56,569 nt of DNA from an uncultured virus (IMG/VR IMGVR_UViG_3300031951_000040) (Duplodnaviria; Heunggongvirae; Uroviricota; Caudoviricetes). Both the position numbers and the translations under genes were made by a program. The notes beneath the pieces were generated by a model. That model did not search any database, had not been told where the DNA came from, and saw only the letters and a list, made by a program, of their open reading frames with translations. Position 1 is the first letter of the stretch. Each line of letters starts with the position of its first letter. The stretch is taken from the IMG/VR virus record IMGVR_UViG_3300031951_000040. One strand, given 5' to 3'. This document shows, in pieces, positions 9,341-19,114 of the stretch.

Positions 9341-10158
9341 GGAAAATACTTATATCGGATTTTACCATTAAAGAAGTACCTCACGGTGGTTCTGAATGGG
9401 TGAATCAAGTTTTAATTGATAGATTTAATCTTGAGTTTGAATATTCAAACCAAGTCAAGTCATTTGATTACAACGCCCTGTATATTATATCAAATATTTC
9501 TTTGATGAACCCAAACTTGGTTAATCAAATACAAAATTTGAACTACGTCATTATTGAAAACGATTATAAAATATGTGCAAGTAGACACCCATGGAGATAT
9601 ACCGACAACATAATTCCGATTGAGGAAAGAACCAACTATTCTCTTTACCGGAATGCAAAAGCGGTATTTGTTCAAACAACCGACCACATGAACGTTTATC
9701 TTAAAAACGATGTTGTTGCTAATTTTATAAATCTGAATAGTTCGATATGGTCAAATGAGGACTTAGAATTATTGAGGAATTTAAATAAATCCAACAATGT
9801 TAAAAACGACAAATATTCTGTTTACTATACAAATAATTGGATAAAGAACACCCAAGGTAGTCTGAAGTATTGTTCTGAAAATAAATTACCGGTCCATATT
9901 CTTAAAGAATCTAAAGACAGAGTTGAATTTTTAAGTAATATGGCCAAATGTAAAGGTATTGTGTTTTTCCCGATAGCAAGAGAAACTTTTTGTAGACTGG
10001 TTGTTGAGGCAAAATGTTTAGGTTTGGAAGTAATAACGACACAAAATTATGGTGCAAGTTTAGAAGAATGGTTTAATAGGTTATCAGGTGATGAATTAAT
10101 TGATTTCTTAGAAACTAACACTTTAAAAAATTTAGAAATCATTTCAACTTATATATGA
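9337..10158 (+). CDS. Putative GT-B glycosyltransferase
   Basis: HGGSE N-terminal motif; ETFCRLVVEAKCLG resembles the GT4 E-x7-E motif. Confidence 0.7.
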   Translation: MRKILISDFTIKEVPHGGSEWVNQVLIDRFNLEFEYSNQVKSFDYNALYIISNISLMNPNLVNQIQNLNYVIIENDYKICASRHPWRYTDNIIPIEERTNYSLYRNAKAVFVQTTDHMNVYLKNDVVANFINLNSSIWSNEDLELLRNLNKSNNVKNDKYSVYYTNNWIKNTQGSLKYCSENKLPVHILKESKDRVEFLSNMAKCKGIVFFPIARETFCRLVVEAKCLGLEVITTQNYGASLEEWFNRLSGDELIDFLETNTLKNLEIISTYI

Positions 10159-11147
10159 TATTATTTTGTTACGGCACAAGACCTGAGTATATTAAAATAA
10201 AAAAATTAATAGAAATGTGTGGGGAAAGTATTCCCCATAAAATTTTATATGTTACCCAACACAAAGATATTGTATTGGGTGATTTTGATTATAAATTATC
10301 CATTGATGATACGTGTGAAAATAGATTGGATAGTATTATGTCATCCGTATTTTTAAATTTTAAAAAAGAATTTTTGGAAGGGGTTACACATATACTTATC
10401 CAAGGGGACACCGCAACCGCTCTTTCATTATCCCTAATAGGATTACACCATAAAAAAGAAGTGATTCATTTAGAAGCGGGATTACGGACATATGACTACA
10501 ATCACCCTTACCCCGAAGAAATGTATCGGCAGTTAATTAGTAGAATTTCAAACTATAATCTTTGCCCAACAGAAAGTAACAAGATGAACTTAGAAAATGA
10601 AAAAGTTCAGGGTAAAAATTTTGTAGTTGGCAATACCGTATTAGATAATCTTAATAAAGAAAATATTACATACGAAAATAAAGTCTTAATCACTTTACAT
10701 AGAAGAGAGAATCATGAGATGATGTCGGAGTGGTTTGATGTTATCAATCGATTAGCAAAGAATAATCCTGAATTAAAATTCATTCTTCCAATACACCCAA
10801 ACCCAAACGTCATAAAACACAAACATATATTGACACATGTTGATGTTATTGAACCATTAACCCATGATAAATTTATTGAGGAATTCAAATCCTGTAAATT
10901 ACTAATTTCAGATAGTGGGGGTGTTCAAGAAGAGGCGTCGTTCCTAAATAAGAAAGTTATTGTATGTAGAGAAAAAACTGAGAGACCTGAGTCCTTGGGT
11001 AAAACGTCTTTTATATGTAAAAAACCCATTGACTTAGAAGGTATTTTTTACGATATTATTAACGATTTCCAAACAGAATATGATTGTCCTTTTGGTGATG
11101 GTAATTCTTGTGAAAGAATCATTGAAATATTTAGAAAAATTGTATGA
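10155..11147 (+). CDS. wecB: UDP-N-acetylglucosamine 2-epimerase (non-hydrolysing)
   Basis: GTRPEYIK, QGDT, HLEAGLRT, PEEMYR, VGNTVLD, TLHRREN, SDSGGVQEEA, TERPE, PFGDG. Confidence 0.95.
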   Translation: MILFCYGTRPEYIKIKKLIEMCGESIPHKILYVTQHKDIVLGDFDYKLSIDDTCENRLDSIMSSVFLNFKKEFLEGVTHILIQGDTATALSLSLIGLHHKKEVIHLEAGLRTYDYNHPYPEEMYRQLISRISNYNLCPTESNKMNLENEKVQGKNFVVGNTVLDNLNKENITYENKVLITLHRRENHEMMSEWFDVINRLAKNNPELKFILPIHPNPNVIKHKHILTHVDVIEPLTHDKFIEEFKSCKLLISDSGGVQEEASFLNKKVIVCREKTERPESLGKTSFICKKPIDLEGIFYDIINDFQTEYDCPFGDGNSCERIIEIFRKIV

Positions 11148-11872
11148 GTATAACGGTAATATTAAATGGGTATAAAAGACCACATGTTCTCCAAAAACAA
11201 TTGGAATCAATTAGAAATCAAAGTGTCCAACCCGAATCAATTTTATTTTGGCAAAATTCTGGTTCTCAATTTGATGAGGGACTAACCAAAGATTTAATTC
11301 ACGCATCTTGTAATAGTAATTTAGGTGTGTGGGCAAGATTTGCATTTGCTTTAAATGCCAACACAGAATATATTTGTGTTTTTGATGATGACACAATACC
11401 GGGTAAACTATGGTTAGAAAACTGTCTAAACACCATGAAAATTCAAGAAGGTTTATTAGGAACTATCGGTGTAAAATTTCACACAAAAAACTCTTATTGG
11501 CCAGCAACAAGAGTCGGTTGGGACCAACCTAACGAAGAAATTGAAAAGGTCGACATTGTTGGTCACTCGTGGTTCTTTAAAAGAGAATGGTTATCGATAT
11601 TTTGGAGAGAATTACCTGAAATCAATCAGAGTAAATTAGTTGGTGAGGATATGCACTTTTCATATACATTACAGAAATACGCAAATATCGGAACTTACGT
11701 TCCTCCCCATCCTAAAGAAAATAGAGAAATGTGGGGTAGTATACCAGAATATGCATGGGAACATGGAACTGATTCCAACGCAATTTCCGTAAATCATTCA
11801 AATATGAATTTAATGGGTGAAGTTTACCGTGGGTATGTAAATAAAGGATTTAAGACAATATTAAATGATTGA
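11144..11872 (+). CDS. Glycosyltransferase family 2-like
   Basis: ITVILNGYKR, YICVFDDDTIPG, GEDMHFS. Confidence 0.8.
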   Translation: MSITVILNGYKRPHVLQKQLESIRNQSVQPESILFWQNSGSQFDEGLTKDLIHASCNSNLGVWARFAFALNANTEYICVFDDDTIPGKLWLENCLNTMKIQEGLLGTIGVKFHTKNSYWPATRVGWDQPNEEIEKVDIVGHSWFFKREWLSIFWRELPEINQSKLVGEDMHFSYTLQKYANIGTYVPPHPKENREMWGSIPEYAWEHGTDSNAISVNHSNMNLMGEVYRGYVNKGFKTILND

Positions 11873-12584
11873 AAAGTATATTGAAGATTTTAATTCGTTT
11901 TGGGAAAAGATAGATAGTCGAACTAACTTTTCTTTTGTTAGATATGCCGATGGTGAAGTGATGTTAATGAATAATTCACCGATAGAAAAGAATACACAAG
12001 CGTATCAAAACGATAAATGGTTTTCGAGTGGGGGACAAACCAAATTAGGTGTGGATTTAAATGAATGTATAGGGTTGAACGACCCAAATTTTTATTTTGC
12101 AATATCCTCCAAAACTGATAGTATTAGAGACTATAATTTTTTATATGATAGAATACAAAATAAATCAAACATTACATTTGCTAACCTATGGATTAACGCA
12201 AATTACAAAGAAAATATATCAAGAATAAGAAATATAAATCGAGATGTTGTTTTAATTTGTAATGAAAATTGTGATTTAAAAAACATACCATTTAGTGTAT
12301 CAGAATTTGTACCGTTCCCTAATGATTGTGTAAACTATTGGGAAGAACATAGAGATTCGTTTTTAGAAAAAATATACAATGTTTCTTCAAAATATAAAGA
12401 TACTTTATTTATCGTATGTTGTGGACCAACATCTGCTGTTATCATAAAACATATGTTTACAAATAATAGTAATAACACTTATATTGATTTTGGTTCCGCA
12501 TTAGATGTATTCATACATAATAAAATAACTAGACCATACATGTATGAAGGGTCACAATATCATAATCACATATCAAAATTTTAA
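11865..12584 (+). CDS. Putative GT-D/DUF1792-like glycosyltransferase
   Basis: FSFVRYADGE, CCGP, YIDFGSALD resemble GT-D fold motifs (RxGDGE, DIG). Confidence 0.6.
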   Translation: MIEKYIEDFNSFWEKIDSRTNFSFVRYADGEVMLMNNSPIEKNTQAYQNDKWFSSGGQTKLGVDLNECIGLNDPNFYFAISSKTDSIRDYNFLYDRIQNKSNITFANLWINANYKENISRIRNINRDVVLICNENCDLKNIPFSVSEFVPFPNDCVNYWEEHRDSFLEKIYNVSSKYKDTLFIVCCGPTSAVIIKHMFTNNSNNTYIDFGSALDVFIHNKITRPYMYEGSQYHNHISKF

Positions 12585-12590
12585 TTCAGT

Positions 12591-13181
12591 ATGAATAATG
12601 ATTTTTGTGTCATAGTACAAGGACCTTCAGACTACGTTAAAGAATTAAAAAACGCTTGGACTGGTTATGATTTGATTTGGTCAACATGGCAAGGTGAAGA
12701 ATCAAAATACGATACTAATGATGTTGTCTTATTCAACAGTATTCCACACGATAGGGGTGTACAAAATATAGCACTACAAAAAATATCAACTTTGAATGGA
12801 ATAATGAAAGCCAAAGAAATAGGTTACAACAGAGTCCTTAAATGGAGAAGTGATTTACTACCATCTAATGCAAATAGATTAGTTTCCACATTTAAAAAAG
12901 AGTGTGTAAATTTTTTGACTTGGCATAATGAAGGAAAATATTTTGTTGATTATTTTGTGGAGGGTGAAATAGATACGGTGTTTGATATTTGGAATGTATC
13001 TACCATACACGATGAGTATTCGGAAAAAATAATCACGGAAAATATAATATCACTTAACTATAAAAATATAAACTTTATGGGTGGCGAATTAAGTAATGAT
13101 AATGAAATTTTTTGGTTAAAACGAAATATTAATTTGTCCACATATAAAGACGCACCATGTTATAGTATGGTGGTGATTTAA
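12591..13181 (+). CDS. Glycan-synthesis protein, WavE-like
   Basis: VIVQGP, IWSTW, QKISTLNGI, VLKWRSD. Confidence 0.55.
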   Translation: MNNDFCVIVQGPSDYVKELKNAWTGYDLIWSTWQGEESKYDTNDVVLFNSIPHDRGVQNIALQKISTLNGIMKAKEIGYNRVLKWRSDLLPSNANRLVSTFKKECVNFLTWHNEGKYFVDYFVEGEIDTVFDIWNVSTIHDEYSEKIITENIISLNYKNINFMGGELSNDNEIFWLKRNINLSTYKDAPCYSMVVI

Positions 13182-13192
13182 AAATTATAAAA

Positions 13193-13927
13193 ATGATAGA
13201 TAATTCAAAATTTATTGACGACGCATTTACTCAAGATGAATTAAATAGGGGTGCCTTTACCGATTTGAATGGTAGATGTCCATTATGGACAACAAAAATG
13301 ATTAATGTTATAAAAGATAAAATTGACTTTAATGATGTCAACACAATATTAGATATTGGGTCAAGAGATGGTTGCCAAAGTTTAGAGTTAAATAGATGGT
13401 TTCCACATGCTAAAATATATGCGTTTGAACCAGTAAAAGAAAACTACGAATTTACAGTTAAGAACGTTGAGAAAATTAATAACATAAAAGTTTACCAATA
13501 CGCAATAAACAATTACAACGGTAAAACTAAATTTTACGAAGTTTATAATGGAAATGTGGGTGCCAGTTCTTTATTACAGACAACAAACCACTGGCGTTCA
13601 TCTCAGTGGGCCCAAAAGGAAACTGAGGTTGACTGTATTGTTCTTAGTGATTGGTTAAAAGAAAATGATATTAAAAGTGTTGATTTGATTTGGATGGATG
13701 TTCAAGGTGCAGAAAATATCGTATTAGACTCTCTAAAAGAATATTTAAATGATGTAAAAATAATAACCACCGAAGTAGGGTTACAGGAATTATATCGTGG
13801 TTCTACAAGTAAATCTGAACTAGATGAAAAACTAAATAGGTTTATACCAATAGACGAGTCGCCAGAATCTTCAAACACAGAAATGGATGTGGTTTATATC
13901 AACAAAAATTTAACACCTTATGGATAA
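13193..13927 (+). CDS. FkbM-family methyltransferase
   Basis: ILDIGSRDG, YAFEP, GASSLL, DLIWMDVQGAE. Confidence 0.9.
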   Translation: MIDNSKFIDDAFTQDELNRGAFTDLNGRCPLWTTKMINVIKDKIDFNDVNTILDIGSRDGCQSLELNRWFPHAKIYAFEPVKENYEFTVKNVEKINNIKVYQYAINNYNGKTKFYEVYNGNVGASSLLQTTNHWRSSQWAQKETEVDCIVLSDWLKENDIKSVDLIWMDVQGAENIVLDSLKEYLNDVKIITTEVGLQELYRGSTSKSELDEKLNRFIPIDESPESSNTEMDVVYINKNLTPYG

Positions 13928-14621
13928 TAAAATTTGTTACGTTACTTATACAAATTCAAAATGTTCAGATATTTTGGATATGTTCTTGTTAGAACAAAAA
14001 AAGTACACAAACTTACCGATGTATTTTATTACAGATGTAATGATACCCGAGCAAATTTGTTTTTTATATGAAAATCAAGAACCTTATTATGAATCATGGT
14101 TAAAGTGTTTATCTTCAATACCATATGACTATTTTATATACTTACAAGAAGACTTTATTCTTTATAACAATGTCAGTCATGATAAAATTTTTAATTACCT
14201 CGATTTTTTACATGATAACCAAGAATATTCGTTCATTAGATTGTTAAAATCGGGGTCTGTTAAAGATAAAAAAATTTATGAGACCTTATATGAAATAGAA
14301 TCCGACAATAAAGATATATTTTCTATGCAACCAACTATTTGGAAAAAAGATGATTACATTAAAATCATGAAAGGTACCAAAAATAATATGTGGTTAGAGA
14401 ATGAAACATATAGAAATTTTATGATAGAAAACAACATCAAAGGTTTATATCATTACGATGGTGAAAACAAAAGGGGGTTGAATCATTTTGATAGTTCTGT
14501 TTATCCATATATAGCAACGGCTTTAGTTAGAGGTAAATGGAATTTATCTGAATACCCTAATGAACTCTCTCCATTAATAAATGAATATGAAATAAACGTA
14601 AATGTTCGGGGGATACATTAA
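13920..14621 (+). CDS. Putative glycosyltransferase
   Basis: YFIYLQEDFIL, QPTIWKK, LVRGKW; position inside the island. Confidence 0.55.
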   Translation: MDNKICYVTYTNSKCSDILDMFLLEQKKYTNLPMYFITDVMIPEQICFLYENQEPYYESWLKCLSSIPYDYFIYLQEDFILYNNVSHDKIFNYLDFLHDNQEYSFIRLLKSGSVKDKKIYETLYEIESDNKDIFSMQPTIWKKDDYIKIMKGTKNNMWLENETYRNFMIENNIKGLYHYDGENKRGLNHFDSSVYPYIATALVRGKWNLSEYPNELSPLINEYEINVNVRGIH

Positions 14622-14623
14622 TA

Positions 14624-15298
14624 ATGAAAATTGTTCTATCTTTTTACACCAACAATAAATTTAGTAACACCGTTCAAAAATTAATCGGATATTATAATTC
14701 ACGTGGTTTCAATGATATCCGAGGATTTAAATCTGAAGATGTTAAGAAAGGTATTTTTTATGAAAACCATAAAGAAATATTAGATTGTGAAACGGGTGAT
14801 GGATTTTGGTTGTGGAAACCAAAAATTATTTTAGATATTTTGAATGAATTAGAAGATGGGGATGCATTAATTTATACCGATGCCGGTGATTTAGTTGATG
14901 TTGATTATAATACGATTGCAAATTATTTGAAAGATAATGATTATTATTTTACAAATTGGAATGGAAATCGTTGGCCTCAAAAAATATGTACAAAAAGAGA
15001 CTGTTTTATCTTGATGGATTGTGATGAAGAAAAGTTTCATGAAACACCACAGATGGAAGCAGGATTTATCATCATTAAAAAAACCAAACAAATGATGGAA
15101 TTTGTTCACGATTATTTTAAGTATTGTAGTATTAAACAGATAGTTGACAATGAACCAAATCAAATTGGTGAGAATTTTCCAAATTGGCAATTCCATAGAA
15201 ATGACCAAAGTATATTAACTAACTTGGTTGTGAAACATAATTTAAAATTTGATTATTGTCTCGATTATAGAATAAAATACAACGTATATATACCATGA
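14624..15298 (+). CDS. Putative nucleotide-diphospho-sugar transferase
   Basis: GFWLWKPKII, LIYTDAG, HRNDQSILT. Confidence 0.65.
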   Translation: MKIVLSFYTNNKFSNTVQKLIGYYNSRGFNDIRGFKSEDVKKGIFYENHKEILDCETGDGFWLWKPKIILDILNELEDGDALIYTDAGDLVDVDYNTIANYLKDNDYYFTNWNGNRWPQKICTKRDCFILMDCDEEKFHETPQMEAGFIIIKKTKQMMEFVHDYFKYCSIKQIVDNEPNQIGENFPNWQFHRNDQSILTNLVVKHNLKFDYCLDYRIKYNVYIP

Positions 15299-16056
15299 AA
15301 TTTATTGCATTAAATTATAATTATGACTTAAATAAAATGTCCCAAATCGGTCGGAAATGGGCGTTTGATGTCTACAAAAATAAAGAGTTTATATCTGATT
15401 ATTCATCAGCATCTTATGCTTCATTTATTGATAAGAATAGAAAAAGTATTTTACATCTTTATACTGATGATGTTGAGGGTATGAAAGAAAAAATGAACAA
15501 GTATAACATTGACCAAGACAGAATTATTTATATTGATTACACGGAACAACTTACCAAATACAATGAAAGTCTTAATTATAGTTTTACAGTTTTAAATGAT
15601 TTTATTAATTATGCAAAATCAGAAACTGAGTACACTGTAAAAATCGATAATGATTTATTTTTTCATTCGGAATTACCACAAATTGATGATAATTCTATTA
15701 TGGTTTGGAAGTATGAAAGAATCGTTAGGAATGGTGACCCGAGATGGGGTGAAATAAAAATATGTAAACAGGTTACAAATGATTTAGATTTTAAAATTTA
15801 TAATTTAGGTATTTTTGGGTTGCCCGCGGATTACAATATTCACCAAGCAAAAAAAATTATGGAAGATATGATATCGGTAGACATTTCAGATGTGACTGAT
15901 ACAGACTCGAAGATTTATCATTGTTGTGAGCAAACGGCAAATAATTGGATTTTTCACAAAGAAAATTATAACGTGATTGAAACGTATAATTATGTTGACC
16001 ACCTGTTTGATAGAAAAGGTGATTGTATAGAATTATCAAAATATCTTTTAAAATGA
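15295..16056 (+). CDS. Putative glycosyltransferase (DxD)
   Basis: LYTDD, KIDNDLFF, YNLGIFG, EQ. Confidence 0.5.
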   Translation: MKFIALNYNYDLNKMSQIGRKWAFDVYKNKEFISDYSSASYASFIDKNRKSILHLYTDDVEGMKEKMNKYNIDQDRIIYIDYTEQLTKYNESLNYSFTVLNDFINYAKSETEYTVKIDNDLFFHSELPQIDDNSIMVWKYERIVRNGDPRWGEIKICKQVTNDLDFKIYNLGIFGLPADYNIHQAKKIMEDMISVDISDVTDTDSKIYHCCEQTANNWIFHKENYNVIETYNYVDHLFDRKGDCIELSKYLLK

Positions 16057-16820
16057 AAACATCAGTAGTATTGACAATTCACAACAAGGAATTCTTAATG
16101 AACCAAGTGGTGAGTAACTTGGTAAATAATTTATCAGAACTGAATGACCAGATTGTAATAGTTTTTGATGGTTGTACAGATAATAGTGAAGGTATTGTTC
16201 GTGACAATTTAAAGAGAGTTAGTAATAAAAAAATTGATTACCTGTATGCCGACAATGTTTTTGAAACCAAAGCAAATAATATTGGTCTAAAGTCTGTTAT
16301 AAATGATTATGTGGTCTTAATCCAAGATGATATGGTTGTCACAGAAAAAGATTTTGATAAGAGGATGTTGGAACCGTTCATAAAATATAGTGATGTGTTC
16401 GCTGTAACATCTTTTGTTGCTCACAATAACATCTATAATGAACAAACAAAACAAATAAATTACATCGATATTGCACATAAAGATAACTCATCAAGAGATA
16501 TTTTTTATGCTAGAGAATATGGTAACAGAGGTCCACTAATGTACAACTATAATGACGTGGTCAAATTAAATTTTTTAGACGAATATTTTTCACCCCAAAA
16601 TTATGATGATATGGATATGTCCATGAGAGCATTCAAAGAACTCGGAAAAGTGTCAGGTTTATATACGATAGATTATATTTCCGAACCTGGATGGGGGACC
16701 ACTAGACAAAAAAATCAATCATTACATAATAATTTAGTTTACGTAAACGCAGCAAAAATACTTGAAAAACACAGGGATTTATTGTATAATAAAGACAAAT
16801 ATAAAGAGGATAGAGAATGA
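16053..16820 (+). CDS. Glycosyltransferase family 2
   Basis: SVVLTIHN, FDGCTDNS, NIGLK, IQDDM, YDDMDMSMR; start taken at MKTSVV (ATG 16053). Confidence 0.88.
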   Translation: MKTSVVLTIHNKEFLMNQVVSNLVNNLSELNDQIVIVFDGCTDNSEGIVRDNLKRVSNKKIDYLYADNVFETKANNIGLKSVINDYVVLIQDDMVVTEKDFDKRMLEPFIKYSDVFAVTSFVAHNNIYNEQTKQINYIDIAHKDNSSRDIFYAREYGNRGPLMYNYNDVVKLNFLDEYFSPQNYDDMDMSMRAFKELGKVSGLYTIDYISEPGWGTTRQKNQSLHNNLVYVNAAKILEKHRDLLYNKDKYKEDRE

Positions 16821-17434
16821 ATAATATAGAGCTAAAGACATTTATGATTAATCATAATGTTAATATCCATGGTGTGATTCACGTTGGTGCACATTTTGGT
16901 CAAGAAGATGAAGTTTATAAGGAATTGGGTATTTCAAACAGAATATACTTTGAACCTCTATCGTCTAATTTTGAGACCTTAAAAGAAAAAATAGATGATG
17001 ACGCAATTTTAGTTAAACTGGCGTTAGGTAATGAAAAGAGAAAAGTTTCTATGTTTGTAGAATCCTTTAATAAAGGTATGTCATCCTCAATATTAGAACC
17101 GAAATTACATTCTGTTCAATTTCCTCATATCGTTTTTGATTCTGTAGAAGAAGTTGAAATGGATAGATTGGATGATTTAAATTACGATTTTTCAAAATAC
17201 AACATGATGAATATCGATGTTCAAGGTTTTGAATTAGAGGTTCTCAAAGGTTCCGTGAATACATTAATCAACATTGACTACGTTATTGTAGAAATAAACA
17301 GAGCCGAATTATATAAAGGTTGTCCACACTTTGATGAAATAAACAATTGGATGACACATCATGGGTTTACCTGTGTTGAACAATTTTGGTGGGGTAATAA
17401 TTTTGGTGAGGGATTTTTTAAAAAAATAAAATGA
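16817..17434 (+). CDS. FkbM-family methyltransferase
   Basis: VIHVGAHFGQE, FEP, SSSILEP, NIDVQGFELEVLKG. Confidence 0.9.
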   Translation: MNNIELKTFMINHNVNIHGVIHVGAHFGQEDEVYKELGISNRIYFEPLSSNFETLKEKIDDDAILVKLALGNEKRKVSMFVESFNKGMSSSILEPKLHSVQFPHIVFDSVEEVEMDRLDDLNYDFSKYNMMNIDVQGFELEVLKGSVNTLINIDYVIVEINRAELYKGCPHFDEINNWMTHHGFTCVEQFWWGNNFGEGFFKKIK

Positions 17435-18492
17435 AACGAGTATTAGTATTGGGTGGTGGCGGATTTATTGGTGGTCACCTAGCAAAAAGATTAAAAAATG
17501 AAGGAAACTACGTAAGAGTAGTTGATATAAAAAGACACGAATATTTTGATGAGAAAGACTTTTGTGACGAATTCTTAATATATGACCTTACGGACCCAAA
17601 AAACGTATCATCAGTAATGAGATTAGAAGAATTAAATGGTACGATATTACCGTTTAATTATTACAAACAACCATATTCAACTGAGGTCCCATTTGATGAG
17701 GTTTATCAATTAGCTGCCGATATGGGTGGTGCTGGTTACATCTTCACTGGTGAAAATGACGCGAATGTTATGCACAATTCTGCAATGATAAATTTAAATG
17801 TTGTAAATGAATCAGTGAAGACAAAAGTTAAGAAGATTTTTTATTCATCATCGGCATGTATGTATCCTGAACACAATCAATTAGACCCTAACAACCCAAA
17901 TTGTGAAGAATCATCAGCATATCCCGCGAATCCTGATTCAGAATATGGTTGGGAAAAACTTTTTTCGGAAAGGTTGTACTTGGCTTTTCACAGAAATCAC
18001 GGTTTGGATGTTCGAATTGCTAGATTTCATAACATATTTGGTCCATATGGTACGTGGAAAGGTGGTAAAGAAAAAGCACCAGCAGCTATGTGTAGAAAAG
18101 TTGCCGAAATGTTAGACGGTGGAGAAATTGAAGTTTGGGGTGATGGTCAACAGACTCGTTCATTCTTATATGTGGATGAATGTGTTGAAGCGGTTTTAAG
18201 ACTAATGAGACAAGACTCTTTTTTGGGTCCTGTAAACATTGGTTCTGAAGAGAAAGTAACAATTAATGATTTGGCTCAAATGGCTATAGATATTTCAGGT
18301 AAAGAAATTTATATCAGAAATATTGGTGGGGAAGAATTTAAACAGAAGTATGGATATAAATGTCCTGTTGGTGTGAGGGGAAGAAATTCAGACAATAAAT
18401 TATACCACGAAAAAATAGGTTGGGTTGTTAGTGAACCTCTGTTCTATGGAATGGAAAAAACCTATAAATGGATTAATAGTTTAGTTAAATAA
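17431..18492 (+). CDS. NAD-dependent epimerase, GDP-mannose 3,5-epimerase-like
   Basis: GGGGFIG, QLAADMGGAGYI, YSSSACMYP, YGWEK, RFHNIFGP, EKAPAAMCRK, WGDGQQTRSF, GVRGRNSDN. Confidence 0.92.
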   Translation: MKRVLVLGGGGFIGGHLAKRLKNEGNYVRVVDIKRHEYFDEKDFCDEFLIYDLTDPKNVSSVMRLEELNGTILPFNYYKQPYSTEVPFDEVYQLAADMGGAGYIFTGENDANVMHNSAMINLNVVNESVKTKVKKIFYSSSACMYPEHNQLDPNNPNCEESSAYPANPDSEYGWEKLFSERLYLAFHRNHGLDVRIARFHNIFGPYGTWKGGKEKAPAAMCRKVAEMLDGGEIEVWGDGQQTRSFLYVDECVEAVLRLMRQDSFLGPVNIGSEEKVTINDLAQMAIDISGKEIYIRNIGGEEFKQKYGYKCPVGVRGRNSDNKLYHEKIGWVVSEPLFYGMEKTYKWINSLVK

Positions 18493-18524
18493 AAAAGGGG
18501 GTTATTGACCCCCTTCTTTTTTTT
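18491..18524. terminator. Bidirectional intrinsic terminator between convergent units
   Basis: AAGGGGGT-TATTG-ACCCCCTT hairpin (18495-18515), A-run on the left, T-run on the right. Confidence 0.8.
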
Positions 18525-18795
18525 CAATGTATTTTAATATAATTGCTAACGCCTCGTCGTCCCCATTAAAATCTTTTTCGGGACAAAAAAAGGGTCCTTT
18601 ACCAGTGTCGTCTTTTTTAATGTAAAAGGCGGGTAAATATTCATTACCCGTTTGTTCAATTACTTTATTCCAAATCTCTTTATTCTTACCAACTTCAACT
18701 TCTCGGTAAGGTAATGATTCTTTTTGGAGTCTCTCTTTTAATCTTTTACAACCTCCACAACCCTCAAGTGTAAATAGAAGTAATTCATTCGCCAT
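18502..18795 (-). CDS. Glutaredoxin-like protein
   Basis: CGGC active site, YLPAF cis-Pro motif. Confidence 0.8.
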   Translation of the reverse strand: MANELLLFTLEGCGGCKRLKERLQKESLPYREVEVGKNKEIWNKVIEQTGNEYLPAFYIKKDDTGKGPFFCPEKDFNGDDEALAIILKYIEKKEGGQ

Positions 18796-18796
18796 A

Positions 18797-19102
18797 TTAT
18801 AAAGTGTTTAATATTTCTTTGTAAAAAGAATCGGGTCTAACACCTGATGTTCTTGATACTTCGTTATTACCATTAAATATCATTACCGTTGGTACTGAAC
18901 GTACCCCATATTCTTGAGAACCTGACATTTCAGAATCAACATTAACCTTGACGAATTTAACATCAGGGTATTCGTGTTGTAGTAAATCTAATTTTGGTAA
19001 TAACATTTTACATGGTCCACACCATTCAGCGTAAAAGTCGGCAAGAACTTTCTCACCGTTTTGTTTCATTTCATTTAGTTTTTCAACTGTTACTAATTCC
19101 AT
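18797..19102 (-). CDS. trxA: Thioredoxin
   Basis: DFYAEWCGPCK, GVRSVPT. Confidence 0.95.
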   Translation of the reverse strand: MELVTVEKLNEMKQNGEKVLADFYAEWCGPCKMLLPKLDLLQHEYPDVKFVKVNVDSEMSGSQEYGVRSVPTVMIFNGNNEVSRTSGVRPDSFYKEILNTL

Positions 19103-19114
19103 TTTTCTTTAATT

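Noticed and set aside
6383..18492. Bacterial chromosomal LPS/capsule locus
   Set aside because: No export or polymerase genes, and flanks are phage-type (gp46/47-like, primase, RuvC, many small ORFans). Not fully excluded, since no capsid or terminase gene lies in this window.
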